DNA of 64,000 bases, taken from positions 64,001 through 128,000 of IMG/VR virus record IMGVR_UViG_3300025646_005482. One strand, 5' to 3'. This DNA comes from a virus. The notes under the pieces were generated by a model. That model saw nothing but the letters and a program-made list of their open reading frames with translations, searched no databases and was not told where the DNA came from. This document shows, piece by piece, positions 34,667 to 44,744 of this stretch. The translations under genes were made by a program, and so were the position numbers. Positions within the stretch are counted from its first letter, which is position 1. Each line of letters starts with the position of its first letter.

Positions 34667-37600
34667 ATGCCTTTAAACACTAATTTATCATCGGCTCCTT
34701 ACTTTGACGATTTCGATAGAGACGATAACTACTATCGAATTTTGTTCAAACCAGCTACTGCTGTTCAAGTAAGAGAAGTCAACCAGCTTCAGACGCTGTT
34801 ACAGGATCAAATCGAACAATTCGGTGATCATATCCTAAGAGCTGGTACAATCTTAGAAGGATGTACGTTCACTTATTTGAACTCAATGGCATTTGTGAAG
34901 ATTACTGACAATGCTCTCGATGGAAAAGCTATCGACCTAAATGCAATCAACGGTCTGAGCGCCAACGGACAAACATCGGGTAAAATTGGCAGAATTACTC
35001 ACGTCGAAGATGGATTTGAAAATGATGCTGCAGGAAATCTAAAAACTCTTTATATCGATTACGACGATGATGACAATAATACAGCTGACAAAGACGAGTT
35101 TCAAGCTGGCGAAGAGATTAGAATTTTTGCACGTGATGATAGACTGTACGATATCAAGATTGCTAATAATGCTACTGGCGCTCTTGTATTTTCAAATAAT
35201 GACGTAGTAGTAATTACATCTGCAATCGAAATTGCTGGTACGTTTACTGGCTCATCTGCAGATTTCTCAAATACATTCTCTCAAGGAGATACAATTACTG
35301 GTACTACAGCCGCTGGTAAAGTTATCGACATGGAAGTTTGGTTTGCAGCTAATCCTGCTACAGATTCTACTCAAGATGAAACTCTCATTCTAAGAGTAAA
35401 ACCAAAAGCCACTAAAATGTCTGGTGCCGCTATCGATACTGACTCTTGGTCAGTATCTGTCGGCGATGTATTGACTCATACCGAAGGCGGTCAAGAATTC
35501 AAGATCGTAAAAATGGTCGGTGAAGGAGCAAGCGCGCAGATTACGACAACTTCTCAGGGTCAAATGATCGACGCTACTGTTACACGTGGTGGTACAGGAT
35601 ATAGTACTCTGCCGCATATCAGTGTTTATTCTCAAGGAGCATCTTCAGCACAGTTAAATATCTTGACGATGGAAGCAGAAACATGGGCGATTAGACTTCA
35701 AGCAGCCCAAGTTACTGACACTGTAGGTACGGGTTTTGGTGTTGAAGTTAGTGATGGCAAGATCTATCAAAAAGGTCTTTTCCTCAACGCCTCTAAACAA
35801 TTTATCATGGTTGATAAGTATTCGAATACACCTTCAGACGTATCAATTGGTTTTGACAGCACAGAAAGTATTGTCAACGTATTTACAGATTCTTCTTTAT
35901 ATGATAATGCGTCAGGCTTCTTGAATGAAGCAGCACCTGGTGCAGACAGATTAAAAGTTAGTCCTAGTCTTGTTGTGAAGACTGTAGCAGAAGAAAGAGC
36001 TGCAGGTAACTTCTTCCCGCTTGTGCGCTTCTCAGAAGGCAAGCCGTATCAACAGAATAAGTTGACTCAGTACAATAAGCTCGGCGATTTGATCGCACAG
36101 CGTACATATGAGGAGTCAGGTAACTATGTACTCGATGAATTTAAGGCAGTATCACGCTCGACATTGGACTTTTCTGAATCTAACACGACGTTTAGTTATG
36201 TAATCGATCCAGGTCATGCGTATGTTCATGGTTATAGGGTCAAGACCGAAACAAATTTTGTTAAAGATGTTTCAAAAGGTTTAGTAACCCAGACTGAAAC
36301 TGGTCTGGGGAGAGATCTTGTATATTCTAATTATTTCGAAGTACATGATCTTGCTGGTTCATTTAACTTTAATACTGGCGAAGAGATTAGTTTACGAGAT
36401 ACAGCTGTAAATTACATTACAGACTATGATCACGACACAAGTGATGTAACGAGTGCACTTGGCGGAACAGAAATTGGTACAGCTAAGATTCGAAGCATCG
36501 ATTATGGTATAGGTATCAAAGGTACTAAGACTGCTGTATATAAAATTCATGTTTTCGATGTAAGAATGAATCGCGGCAAATCTGTTCGCGATGTAAAATC
36601 TATCTATGCAAGTAATGGTGGTGGCGCAGCACAAGATGGTATCGCTGACGTTTCTTTGATTTTTGATAACGCTAAAGTATTTCGTGGCTTAGTCAGCACA
36701 GGCATTCAAAGTGCTAATGGAACATACGATCCTGTTGCTCGTGAAGAAATCGGCCGATTGATTAATCCTGAAGATGACGGTCTCGTACTTCCTTTAAGTG
36801 TTGCAGCAAAACAAATCACAAATTACGCATATATTTATCGTACAACACTAGATGGTGCGGCGGTTGCTGCGAATGGTATGATTACTGTACCATGTGAAGG
36901 ATCTGCTGGTCCGACGGCTAATACTATCTTCCCATATATCGGTAATCTGACCGACGCTGAAGAAAATGAAATTATCGTAATTCCAAAACAAGATATTGTA
37001 TCGACTACTACTGTAGGTGGTAGTGGATTTGATTATGCAAACGTTGCAATCACAGTAACAACGCCAGCAGGTACAGAAGCTAATCACTATGTTTTGACTT
37101 CTGGTGGAAGCGAATCGTTCTTGACCGACTTCAGAGTTGGTGATTGGATTTATGAAGATACATCAGCTGGTACACCAGTAGCACAGATTACAAGTATTGC
37201 TGGTCAGAATCAAATGACAGTGCGCACTAGATCAGGTGCTTTCGGTGCTGCCCCTGGTTCAGGCAACTATGGCATCTATCGATACTATCCAAAAGATATG
37301 CCATTGCCTACCGGTACACGTACAGGCACGACTGCGGCTGATGCATATGCATCTGTATCTGCAGATCGTCGTACGATGTATGTGCACACCGGCACAGCGA
37401 TGTCTACTGCTCATCAATTTGTTGTGTACTTTAACCAATTGCACAATAATACTAAAGTTAGTCTGACCACGCGTCGTAAGCGCTATGTCAAACTCACCAC
37501 GGCTGGTCAATGGCCTGTTACCGGTAAGTGTGTTGGTATTTCGGGTGCTATCCGATTGCATGCTGTTTATAATGGTACTAATGTAGACGGTTCTGGCAAT

Positions 37601-40600
37601 CCTACTGACCCTGATATTACCAGTCAATTCGAATTAGATACACATGAAAATGGAAATTACTTTGGTCTTGGTCACCTACTCAAGAGAAATCTTGATAACT
37701 CGGTTACACTTTCGCCAACAATCCTAGTCGAGCTTGATTATATTACAGACGGTTGTGTGCATGGTCTGAAGACAGTCGATTCTTACAATCTAAACGACAG
37801 CTTAGAGTTGGCCGATCTGCGTAATAGTTCTTCTATGCACACATTAGAAATTCCTGAATTTAGAGATAAGAATGATAATTATTATGACTTAAGAGAGTGT
37901 GCTGACTTTAGACCATTTGCCGATTTGACAGCTGCAGATTCGACGACTGTAAGTGGTGCAACTACAGATCCTGCGAGTACAATTTCTTTTGCTAACTATT
38001 CTTCTTTCAAATATCCAAAGCCTGAAGGTGATTTTACCTACGACATCGAATACTATTTAGGTCGTACAGACGAAATTTCTATAAAAGACGACGGTACATT
38101 TGAATTTGAATTAGGTGCTACTGACACTGATACAAACAAAGCAAATAAATTGTTGTTGTTCAGATCTGAAGTGCCTCCATATCCTTCTCTTCCGGAAGCC
38201 GTATCTTCTGAAATTAAAGATATTTACGAAAGAAATCTTGTATGTAATGGCACACTCAATCTAAGGATCGCTGAATTTACTACTGTTATTAGTGAAGTAG
38301 ATCCTCAAGTCAAAACTTATACTATGGCAGAATTGGCTAGTCTCGAGCGTCGTGTTGAAGCTCTTGAATATATGGCCAATGTTTCAGAACTTGAAAACAG
38401 CACGATGGCAAAATCTATTCCGAGTTCTACTGACTCTACAGTAGAAAGATTTAAGTTTGGATTCTTTGTCGATAATTTTGAAGATAATTCATTAGCAGAT
38501 ATTGGCGCTGATTATTATGATGCATCTATATACGAATACGTATTGCATCCTGATAGAACATCGTTAAATATCGATTATGAAATTTCAACAGCATCTAGTA
38601 AGTATAGAGAAGGTGATATTATCACTTTCCCGCATACACGTAAACTATTATTGTCACAAGAAACGGCAACATACGCTCCGTTCGTAGAAGTGCCTGAAGT
38701 ACAGATTGTAGAAAACTGCGATTTCGAAACTAATAGAAATATGAAAAATGCTGGTGACAGCACGACAGTTTATAGTAAACTACAAAAAGTATGGGAAGAA
38801 TTTACGTTTGTAGGTGCAAATGAAGACGATGGTACTCAGCGATATATCGAACTGAAGTTCTTTAACCCGAATAGAGGCATCATTTACGAAATCATTCAAA
38901 GCACTAAGCCTCCTACTCAAAATACTAGTGAAACTGGTACAACAGTTCATGCACCTACTTCAACAGCAGTGACTGCATTGAGCGCGACTGATGATGCAAT
39001 TCCGCTTTATCAAAAGTTGTATCCAGTTAAAAATGCTAGAAATGCAATTTTGCCGTTTGCTACAAATCCATGGTTCCAGACACTGTCCGGTCCACAAAAT
39101 GTTAGTATTACAGTAACAGGATCTCCGATAAATTATAAATCTTATCAGGGTGCAGGCAAAATTAAGATTCCATACGATTATACAAAAGGTCGATACATCA
39201 CCGTACGAGTTCATAAGGGACCAGGCGGCAATGTATTCAACTTCGAACTGTGTTATCCTGCGGTTTCTGACGTAGATGCTATCTATGATGCTGGAGCACA
39301 GAATGTCAGGACGAGGCCAGCACCTTGTCCCAAAGGCCAATTCAAGTATGAGCGATGTGTAGGCTCTAACTTGTATGTTTATGGTTGTGATGGTAACTAC
39401 GGCACTCAAGTGAATAGAATTATTCGTAATTCACCTAAGTGTTATATTCCTGTGCCGCCAAAACCGCCAGAGCCTATCAAGAGCTGTCCAAAAGCTGGAA
39501 CATTTTATCGTTCTACATGCTCAGGTTCAACTCAGAAAACTTACACTTATACAGGCGCAAGAGGTGCAGGACCAGGTGGTTGTGTAGTTCGAGTTTCTGA
39601 TACGGTAATTTGTTCTAGTTCTTGTGGTTGTAGGCCTAAGCCTCCACCCGTTATTGTCAAGTGTCCTGTAAGGCCACCACCAATTGTACCGCCCGATGAC
39701 GGCTGTACTGCGACTACTAAGCGTGATTGTGATATTAAAGTGTCGACTCCGCCACCAGCACCACCTGCTCCACCGCCAGCCCCGCCGAGGCCGCCGGCGC
39801 CGCCGGTGACACCACCAGCCCCGCCGAAGCCGCCAAAGAAAATTTTGACCAGCCCGCCGATTCCAAAGTGGTTGGGACCCAAGATATGTTTCGTTGCTGG
39901 TACATTGGTCGATATGGCAGATGGAAGTCAGAAGCTAATTCAAGATATGCAAGTTGGAGATCTTGTAATGGCAAAAGACGGGCAGCATGACACCGTATCA
40001 TTTGTACACGATTTAGATGTAGCGTCGCATGTACTAGTGAAATACAACAATAGAATTACTTCTACGTCTGGTCATGCTTTCTTGACAACCGATGGATGGA
40101 AATCTCTAGATCCTGAAATATCGCGAGAAGTTTATGACGATATCGATGTAGGTGAGATACAGATAGGTGATCATTTTGTCAAGAGCGATGGCACCACGGA
40201 AGAAATAACTTCTATGGATCATTGGGTAGAAGAGTGTAAAGTCTATAACTTTGTTACTGAAGATACTCATACATATGTTGTAGATGGAGTTGTGACGCAT
40301 AATAAGCGACCGCCAGTGCGGATTAGTCCGGCGGGTGGTGGTAAAAAGACGACGGTTACGAAGCCGCCGGTTGTTCCGCCGCCTCCACCTCCTCCTCCGC
40401 CGCCTCCGCCCCCGCCGCCGAAGCCGCCGAAGAAGCCAACATTTGGTGGTGGTTGTGTACACGTAGACAGTTATCTGCCTATGGTTACGGAGCATCAACG
40501 ACAAGCGTGGCAGATGTTGCCTGGTTCAGCTATATTATTGAGTTCGGAAGATCTCGAGAATACGGTTGGAACTATCGAGAAAGTACATACTCGACCAGAA

Positions 40601-40915
40601 CCATGTGTCAGACTTGTCACGGAGTCAGGTATCAGTCTCGTATGTTCGCATTCAGCGCCAATTATGACAGAAAGCAAAGATTATCTCGATGCTCCTGAAA
40701 CATTGGGTGCTAGAGTAGCGGTCATGTCAAACGATGAGGCACGCTTCGAAGAAGTTACAGAAGTTGTTGATATGGGTATTCTTGAAGTTAGACCTATCTC
40801 CGCCGGAAATCAAAATTTCTGGGCTGGTGAAAAGGATGGAGAATACATCTTACACCATAACATTTGGTTGAGACATAAAGTTAACTCATCGTTCCCGACG
40901 TTAAAGAAGAGGTAA
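34667..40915 (+). CDS. VrlC-like (DUF4815-type) virion structural protein, N-terminal part, ending in Cys-rich and polyproline segments and two Hint domains
   Basis: PYFDDFD..YYRILFKP..VQVREVNQLQT, APGADRLK, RTYEESGNY, YTMAELASLERRVEALEY, RFKFGFFVDNF. Confidence 0.88.
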   Translation: MPLNTNLSSAPYFDDFDRDDNYYRILFKPATAVQVREVNQLQTLLQDQIEQFGDHILRAGTILEGCTFTYLNSMAFVKITDNALDGKAIDLNAINGLSANGQTSGKIGRITHVEDGFENDAAGNLKTLYIDYDDDDNNTADKDEFQAGEEIRIFARDDRLYDIKIANNATGALVFSNNDVVVITSAIEIAGTFTGSSADFSNTFSQGDTITGTTAAGKVIDMEVWFAANPATDSTQDETLILRVKPKATKMSGAAIDTDSWSVSVGDVLTHTEGGQEFKIVKMVGEGASAQITTTSQGQMIDATVTRGGTGYSTLPHISVYSQGASSAQLNILTMEAETWAIRLQAAQVTDTVGTGFGVEVSDGKIYQKGLFLNASKQFIMVDKYSNTPSDVSIGFDSTESIVNVFTDSSLYDNASGFLNEAAPGADRLKVSPSLVVKTVAEERAAGNFFPLVRFSEGKPYQQNKLTQYNKLGDLIAQRTYEESGNYVLDEFKAVSRSTLDFSESNTTFSYVIDPGHAYVHGYRVKTETNFVKDVSKGLVTQTETGLGRDLVYSNYFEVHDLAGSFNFNTGEEISLRDTAVNYITDYDHDTSDVTSALGGTEIGTAKIRSIDYGIGIKGTKTAVYKIHVFDVRMNRGKSVRDVKSIYASNGGGAAQDGIADVSLIFDNAKVFRGLVSTGIQSANGTYDPVAREEIGRLINPEDDGLVLPLSVAAKQITNYAYIYRTTLDGAAVAANGMITVPCEGSAGPTANTIFPYIGNLTDAEENEIIVIPKQDIVSTTTVGGSGFDYANVAITVTTPAGTEANHYVLTSGGSESFLTDFRVGDWIYEDTSAGTPVAQITSIAGQNQMTVRTRSGAFGAAPGSGNYGIYRYYPKDMPLPTGTRTGTTAADAYASVSADRRTMYVHTGTAMSTAHQFVVYFNQLHNNTKVSLTTRRKRYVKLTTAGQWPVTGKCVGISGAIRLHAVYNGTNVDGSGNPTDPDITSQFELDTHENGNYFGLGHLLKRNLDNSVTLSPTILVELDYITDGCVHGLKTVDSYNLNDSLELADLRNSSSMHTLEIPEFRDKNDNYYDLRECADFRPFADLTAADSTTVSGATTDPASTISFANYSSFKYPKPEGDFTYDIEYYLGRTDEISIKDDGTFEFELGATDTDTNKANKLLLFRSEVPPYPSLPEAVSSEIKDIYERNLVCNGTLNLRIAEFTTVISEVDPQVKTYTMAELASLERRVEALEYMANVSELENSTMAKSIPSSTDSTVERFKFGFFVDNFEDNSLADIGADYYDASIYEYVLHPDRTSLNIDYEISTASSKYREGDIITFPHTRKLLLSQETATYAPFVEVPEVQIVENCDFETNRNMKNAGDSTTVYSKLQKVWEEFTFVGANEDDGTQRYIELKFFNPNRGIIYEIIQSTKPPTQNTSETGTTVHAPTSTAVTALSATDDAIPLYQKLYPVKNARNAILPFATNPWFQTLSGPQNVSITVTGSPINYKSYQGAGKIKIPYDYTKGRYITVRVHKGPGGNVFNFELCYPAVSDVDAIYDAGAQNVRTRPAPCPKGQFKYERCVGSNLYVYGCDGNYGTQVNRIIRNSPKCYIPVPPKPPEPIKSCPKAGTFYRSTCSGSTQKTYTYTGARGAGPGGCVVRVSDTVICSSSCGCRPKPPPVIVKCPVRPPPIVPPDDGCTATTKRDCDIKVSTPPPAPPAPPPAPPRPPAPPVTPPAPPKPPKKILTSPPIPKWLGPKICFVAGTLVDMADGSQKLIQDMQVGDLVMAKDGQHDTVSFVHDLDVASHVLVKYNNRITSTSGHAFLTTDGWKSLDPEISREVYDDIDVGEIQIGDHFVKSDGTTEEITSMDHWVEECKVYNFVTEDTHTYVVDGVVTHNKRPPVRISPAGGGKKTTVTKPPVVPPPPPPPPPPPPPPPKPPKKPTFGGGCVHVDSYLPMVTEHQRQAWQMLPGSAILLSSEDLENTVGTIEKVHTRPEPCVRLVTESGISLVCSHSAPIMTESKDYLDAPETLGARVAVMSNDEARFEEVTEVVDMGILEVRPISAGNQNFWAGEKDGEYILHHNIWLRHKVNSSFPTLKKR
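39887..40303 (+). other. Hint (intein-like/BIL-type) domain 1
   Basis: CFVAGTLVDMADG..IQDMQVGD..TSGHAF..VYNF..HTYVVDGVVTHN followed by Lys. Confidence 0.9.
40454..40861 (+). other. Hint domain 2 (divergent)
   Basis: GGG|CVHVDSYL..CVRLVTESGISLVCSHSAP..EVRPIS..FWAG..YILHHN followed by Ile. Confidence 0.8.
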
Positions 40916-40921
40916 GATTAA

Positions 40922-41554
40922 ATGGCAGCACATGAAAGAGCCAATGAATCGTTTGGATATCGAGAGCACTTATATTATAATGGAGTAATTAAGAGCACTC
41001 GATATCCTATTAATGATTCATTATCTAGTGGAGCAAAGACCATACTGACGGATAATTTTCCTGCTTACGCTAGCTGGATTGCTAAATATAATCATAATGT
41101 CATTGGCAGTAATGTAGCTTGGCGTGAACCATACGGCAGCGGCACAATGGTTACTTTGTATGTCACTGAGCAACCTATTGATTCATTGAAAACTGAATGG
41201 TCAGTCGACACGAATTTGGATTGTTGCACTTGGTTCGGATTTAAATTTATGTTGACTGATAATTCAGTTCAGCTAAAAGTTCCATTTTATGATCCTGACG
41301 GTTATTACACACAACCATCATTTCCAGTAACACCAGCACACTTTGCTAATGTGTATAGTACAAGCGGTTTATGGGGAAAAAGGGAAGCATTTTTCTGGGA
41401 AGGTGGTTATCAGACAATTACTAATTATTGTAATACACATGGTCTATCAAAACCATGGGGAAGTAACACGAGTTTAAGATTTAGACAGTGGTCTGTAGTT
41501 TATGATTCAGAAACACTTGTGCCAGAAATGGTAAAAATGTATGTCTACGAATAA
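40922..41554 (+). CDS. Hypothetical aromatic-rich protein inserted within the split VrlC locus
   Basis: 210-aa ORF; no recognisable motif. Confidence 0.75.
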   Translation: MAAHERANESFGYREHLYYNGVIKSTRYPINDSLSSGAKTILTDNFPAYASWIAKYNHNVIGSNVAWREPYGSGTMVTLYVTEQPIDSLKTEWSVDTNLDCCTWFGFKFMLTDNSVQLKVPFYDPDGYYTQPSFPVTPAHFANVYSTSGLWGKREAFFWEGGYQTITNYCNTHGLSKPWGSNTSLRFRQWSVVYDSETLVPEMVKMYVYE

Positions 41555-41675
41555 AGAAATTAAATTTTTACATGATGTAAAAAAGATTAATGAAAAATTC
41601 TGGGCAGCGGTAGAAAGAGAAAAAAAGATACGTCAATATAACGTTGATAAGAAGATAGGTAAAGTCAATGGCTAG
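41541..41675 (+). CDS. Small basic hypothetical protein, 44 aa (not in ORF track)
   Basis: MSTNKEIKFLHDVKKINEKFWAAVERE...KVNG*; overlaps both neighbours. Confidence 0.5.
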   Translation: MSTNKEIKFLHDVKKINEKFWAAVEREKKIRQYNVDKKIGKVNG

Positions 41676-44535
41676 GAAAAATCTTGGACGAAGTATAAAC
41701 ACCCTTAGGAAAAAAGGTCAAAGCATATTTAGACTGCCTCGTAATATTCCTAATTTTGCTGGTGGTAATTCACTTAATCCTCTTAAAGTTAGACCTATGG
41801 TGATCAAAGCGCGTGGTCTTAAGCCTAATACAAAGTATAAGGTAATGCTTGATAATCAAGCTGGTAGCGCGTTCGAGGATATTACTGACACATCAAAACC
41901 AGTGGGTAAAACTCGTAAAAATAATACTATTACTCGTATTGCTCCAGCTTTTGGCGGAGGTAAACCTGCGCGTCAATTTATCAAGACTGACTCGAAAGGA
42001 AATCTTGAAGTAAGGTGCAAGCCTTTTGGTACCGAAGAAAATACTAAACCGGCAGTTGTTGTTCCTTCTCCTGGTGTAATAGTTTGTAAACCGCCTACAC
42101 ATGGTAAATTGTGGAAATACTGGCATGGACGTGTTCGCGCTAACGATTTCGGCAGAGATAGAATCAAGCTGATTCAATACAGCGCAATTCAGAATCCTGA
42201 CGCCTCTGATCGTGTAAAAACACTTAAAAAAGAAATTTCTACTGAGACTGTTAGACCTGGTAAACCTACGAGTCGGCCTAAAAAAGCACCAGAGTATTAT
42301 TTGCCGCCTGCTGTTATCTGCGATGTTCCGCCAAAACCCGAAGGCGAGATCATTAAGAAAGTTCAAGAAAAGGTAATCACTGATTATTATCAAACTTTTT
42401 ATATCGATGCTGACGTCGTAGACGGTTCTGATACTGTTGATTTGTTGGATGTTTCTTTGTATATCCGCTCAAAACCACAATTTAAAGCAAATGCATCAGG
42501 AGCAGAAGGTCCTGGCATCAATATTTGTTTGATAGATTGTGAAGTAGATGGTACTCCTATCATTGATTCTAAATATGCAGACTCAGTTGTTGACCTCGAT
42601 TATCATGCTATCAAAGCATCACCTCTTGCAACTTCTGAAACTGTATTTAAATTCCCTAGTCCGGTCACCGTAAGAACTAATGCTCATTATGCGATCGCAG
42701 TGTTCCTTGAAGATCAGGGCTACATACTTTGGGACAATCGTAAAGGCGATCTGACCATTGTAGATGGTCAGAAAACTGAAGAGCGCTCACAAGGTTCATC
42801 TAAAGGTCATAAAGGCGACGTCTATTTTTATAACGATGAAGCAGTTCAAGGCAAAAAAGGCAAACCACAATGGGTACCTAAGAATGATCTTGACTTAAAG
42901 TTTGATGTACATATTGCAGAATATTCAGTTAGTGATGTAACAGTAAAACTTGTAAACAAGCCATATGAATTCTTTAACCTGTCTTCTGTTTCCGGAACAG
43001 ACTGGGATCCAGGCGAATTAGTTTATAAGCAACAAGCATCTAATCGTCCAGGTACCGTATCTGTTGTTGCAGGTGCACAAAAAATTACTGGTGACGCTAG
43101 TACAGACTTTACTGATTTGACTGATGGTCAAAAAATTGTATTGATCGATTCTACTGATAACAGTATCAGAGACATTTTTACTGTCGATCGATCAGTTTCT
43201 GGTACAGCAAACACTTTGTATGTAGATGAAATTGCCGAGATTGACATTACTGGAAATTATCAAGTTACTGTTGTGGCTGAAGTAGAATATTTTGATTACT
43301 ACTTTAATTCCATTCGACTAGAGAATTCCAGCGTAAACTATACTCAATATACAAATGCAAATTCAGCCCTATCAAATACTCTGATTTTTGCAGTTGGAGA
43401 CACTATCAGAGGTGTAGATTCTGGTATGACTGCAGTCATCGACTCTTATAATCCTTTGCCTGTATCTACATTCCGCGCTGATATGAATGCTACTGTACCT
43501 CCACAATTTAAGACAGTTACACATTACAACTTTAGCTATGAAGATTCTACTACACCTGGCGTTTATTACCTTGCTGATACTGATAAGCAATTTTTCTTGA
43601 ATGCACCAAACCACATCAAAGGTTATGCTGGTACATTGCTTAGCGCTTCTCAAGAAGTTGATCAAACTCATTCTGGTATGATTGATAATCAAAGCAGATC
43701 ATCTGAAATTGAGATTACGTATCAATATACTGGTGCTAATACAAGATGTTATGCTTGTCCTACCATTTCTCTTGACGAACTAGAAATGACTACTCACAGA
43801 TGGGTAATTAACAACGATGGTACGAACGAGCACCTGAACGAGGGTAACGCGAAGACAAGACACATTTCATCTGTCCTAGATTTAGGTCCTGGTAGTGATG
43901 CAGAAGATGTTCGTCTTATCATGAATGCATACAAGCCGAGAGGCACTTCTATTCATGCATATGCTAGGATACAAAATAGAGACGATACAGAAAACTTCGA
44001 TAATATCAACTGGACTAAGTTGAAGCTGGTCGGTGGTGGTGATTCGTTTAGTGATCCAACCGAACAGTTTGATTATGTTGAACTTGAATTTGGACTAGAT
44101 GATTATACAACTGGCACAAATATCTCAGGGGCGTTTACTACTGTATCAGGTTCAGCTGTTATTACAGGGTCAGTCGGTACCGATGTTTCTAGTGTAAATG
44201 TTGATGATACAATCAGAATTTATAGTCCTCTATTCGAAGATAATTATCAAATATTTAATGTTGAATCTAAAGATGTCGGAGCTAGAACTATCACATTATC
44301 AGAAGCAATAGCTAATAATAATATTGTTGGTGAGGGTTTCAAAGTCGATATCATGACTGCGCCTACCGCTGCATTTAAGAATCCTGATAATTATGGCATC
44401 GCTAGATATTATAATTCAACAGGTGAGAAGTTCGACACCTATAGCAGATTGCAGGTTAAACTAGTGTTGCTAGCACAAAATAGGTACTTAGTACCAAAAG
44501 TTGATGACTATCGAGTAATTGGAGTTACTGCTTAA
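41668..44535 (+). CDS. VrlC-like structural protein, C-terminal part
   Basis: ARGLKPNT, TDSKG, QTFYID, TVFKFPSPV, DLKF, KTRHIS, AEDVR, PKVDDYRVI motifs. Confidence 0.82.
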   Translation: MARKNLGRSINTLRKKGQSIFRLPRNIPNFAGGNSLNPLKVRPMVIKARGLKPNTKYKVMLDNQAGSAFEDITDTSKPVGKTRKNNTITRIAPAFGGGKPARQFIKTDSKGNLEVRCKPFGTEENTKPAVVVPSPGVIVCKPPTHGKLWKYWHGRVRANDFGRDRIKLIQYSAIQNPDASDRVKTLKKEISTETVRPGKPTSRPKKAPEYYLPPAVICDVPPKPEGEIIKKVQEKVITDYYQTFYIDADVVDGSDTVDLLDVSLYIRSKPQFKANASGAEGPGINICLIDCEVDGTPIIDSKYADSVVDLDYHAIKASPLATSETVFKFPSPVTVRTNAHYAIAVFLEDQGYILWDNRKGDLTIVDGQKTEERSQGSSKGHKGDVYFYNDEAVQGKKGKPQWVPKNDLDLKFDVHIAEYSVSDVTVKLVNKPYEFFNLSSVSGTDWDPGELVYKQQASNRPGTVSVVAGAQKITGDASTDFTDLTDGQKIVLIDSTDNSIRDIFTVDRSVSGTANTLYVDEIAEIDITGNYQVTVVAEVEYFDYYFNSIRLENSSVNYTQYTNANSALSNTLIFAVGDTIRGVDSGMTAVIDSYNPLPVSTFRADMNATVPPQFKTVTHYNFSYEDSTTPGVYYLADTDKQFFLNAPNHIKGYAGTLLSASQEVDQTHSGMIDNQSRSSEIEITYQYTGANTRCYACPTISLDELEMTTHRWVINNDGTNEHLNEGNAKTRHISSVLDLGPGSDAEDVRLIMNAYKPRGTSIHAYARIQNRDDTENFDNINWTKLKLVGGGDSFSDPTEQFDYVELEFGLDDYTTGTNISGAFTTVSGSAVITGSVGTDVSSVNVDDTIRIYSPLFEDNYQIFNVESKDVGARTITLSEAIANNNIVGEGFKVDIMTAPTAAFKNPDNYGIARYYNSTGEKFDTYSRLQVKLVLLAQNRYLVPKVDDYRVIGVTA

Positions 44536-44735
44536 TGAGAGAACCTGGTTTTACAAAACAGACCGAAGGCGTCTTTATAAATAACAATGAAAAGGAACTC
44601 GCCATGTACCGCTCTCATCGAGCTCGAGCTTATAGGGAGCGGGAACATTCTGAAAGAATAGACAAATTAGAACAAGAATTACAACAAATAAAACAATTAC
44701 TGCAAAAACATATTGTTGCGCAGCGCAAAGATTAG
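44535..44735 (+). CDS. Small coiled-coil protein following VrlC
   Basis: GVFINN..RIDKLEQELQQIKQLLQK; contains TATAAATA at 44576-44583. Confidence 0.75.
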   Translation: MREPGFTKQTEGVFINNNEKELAMYRSHRARAYREREHSERIDKLEQELQQIKQLLQKHIVAQRKD

Positions 44736-44744
44736 GATAGATAA

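Noticed and set aside
39887-40861. Canonical splicing inteins or homing elements
   Set aside because: Residues after HN are Lys and Ile, not Cys/Ser/Thr, and both domains are about 137 aa with no endonuclease insert.
40862-41700. Stop-codon reassignment or assembly frameshift explaining the split VrlC gene
   Set aside because: All three stop codons terminate conserved genes normally elsewhere, and the gap holds coherent intervening ORFs rather than a single interrupting stop.
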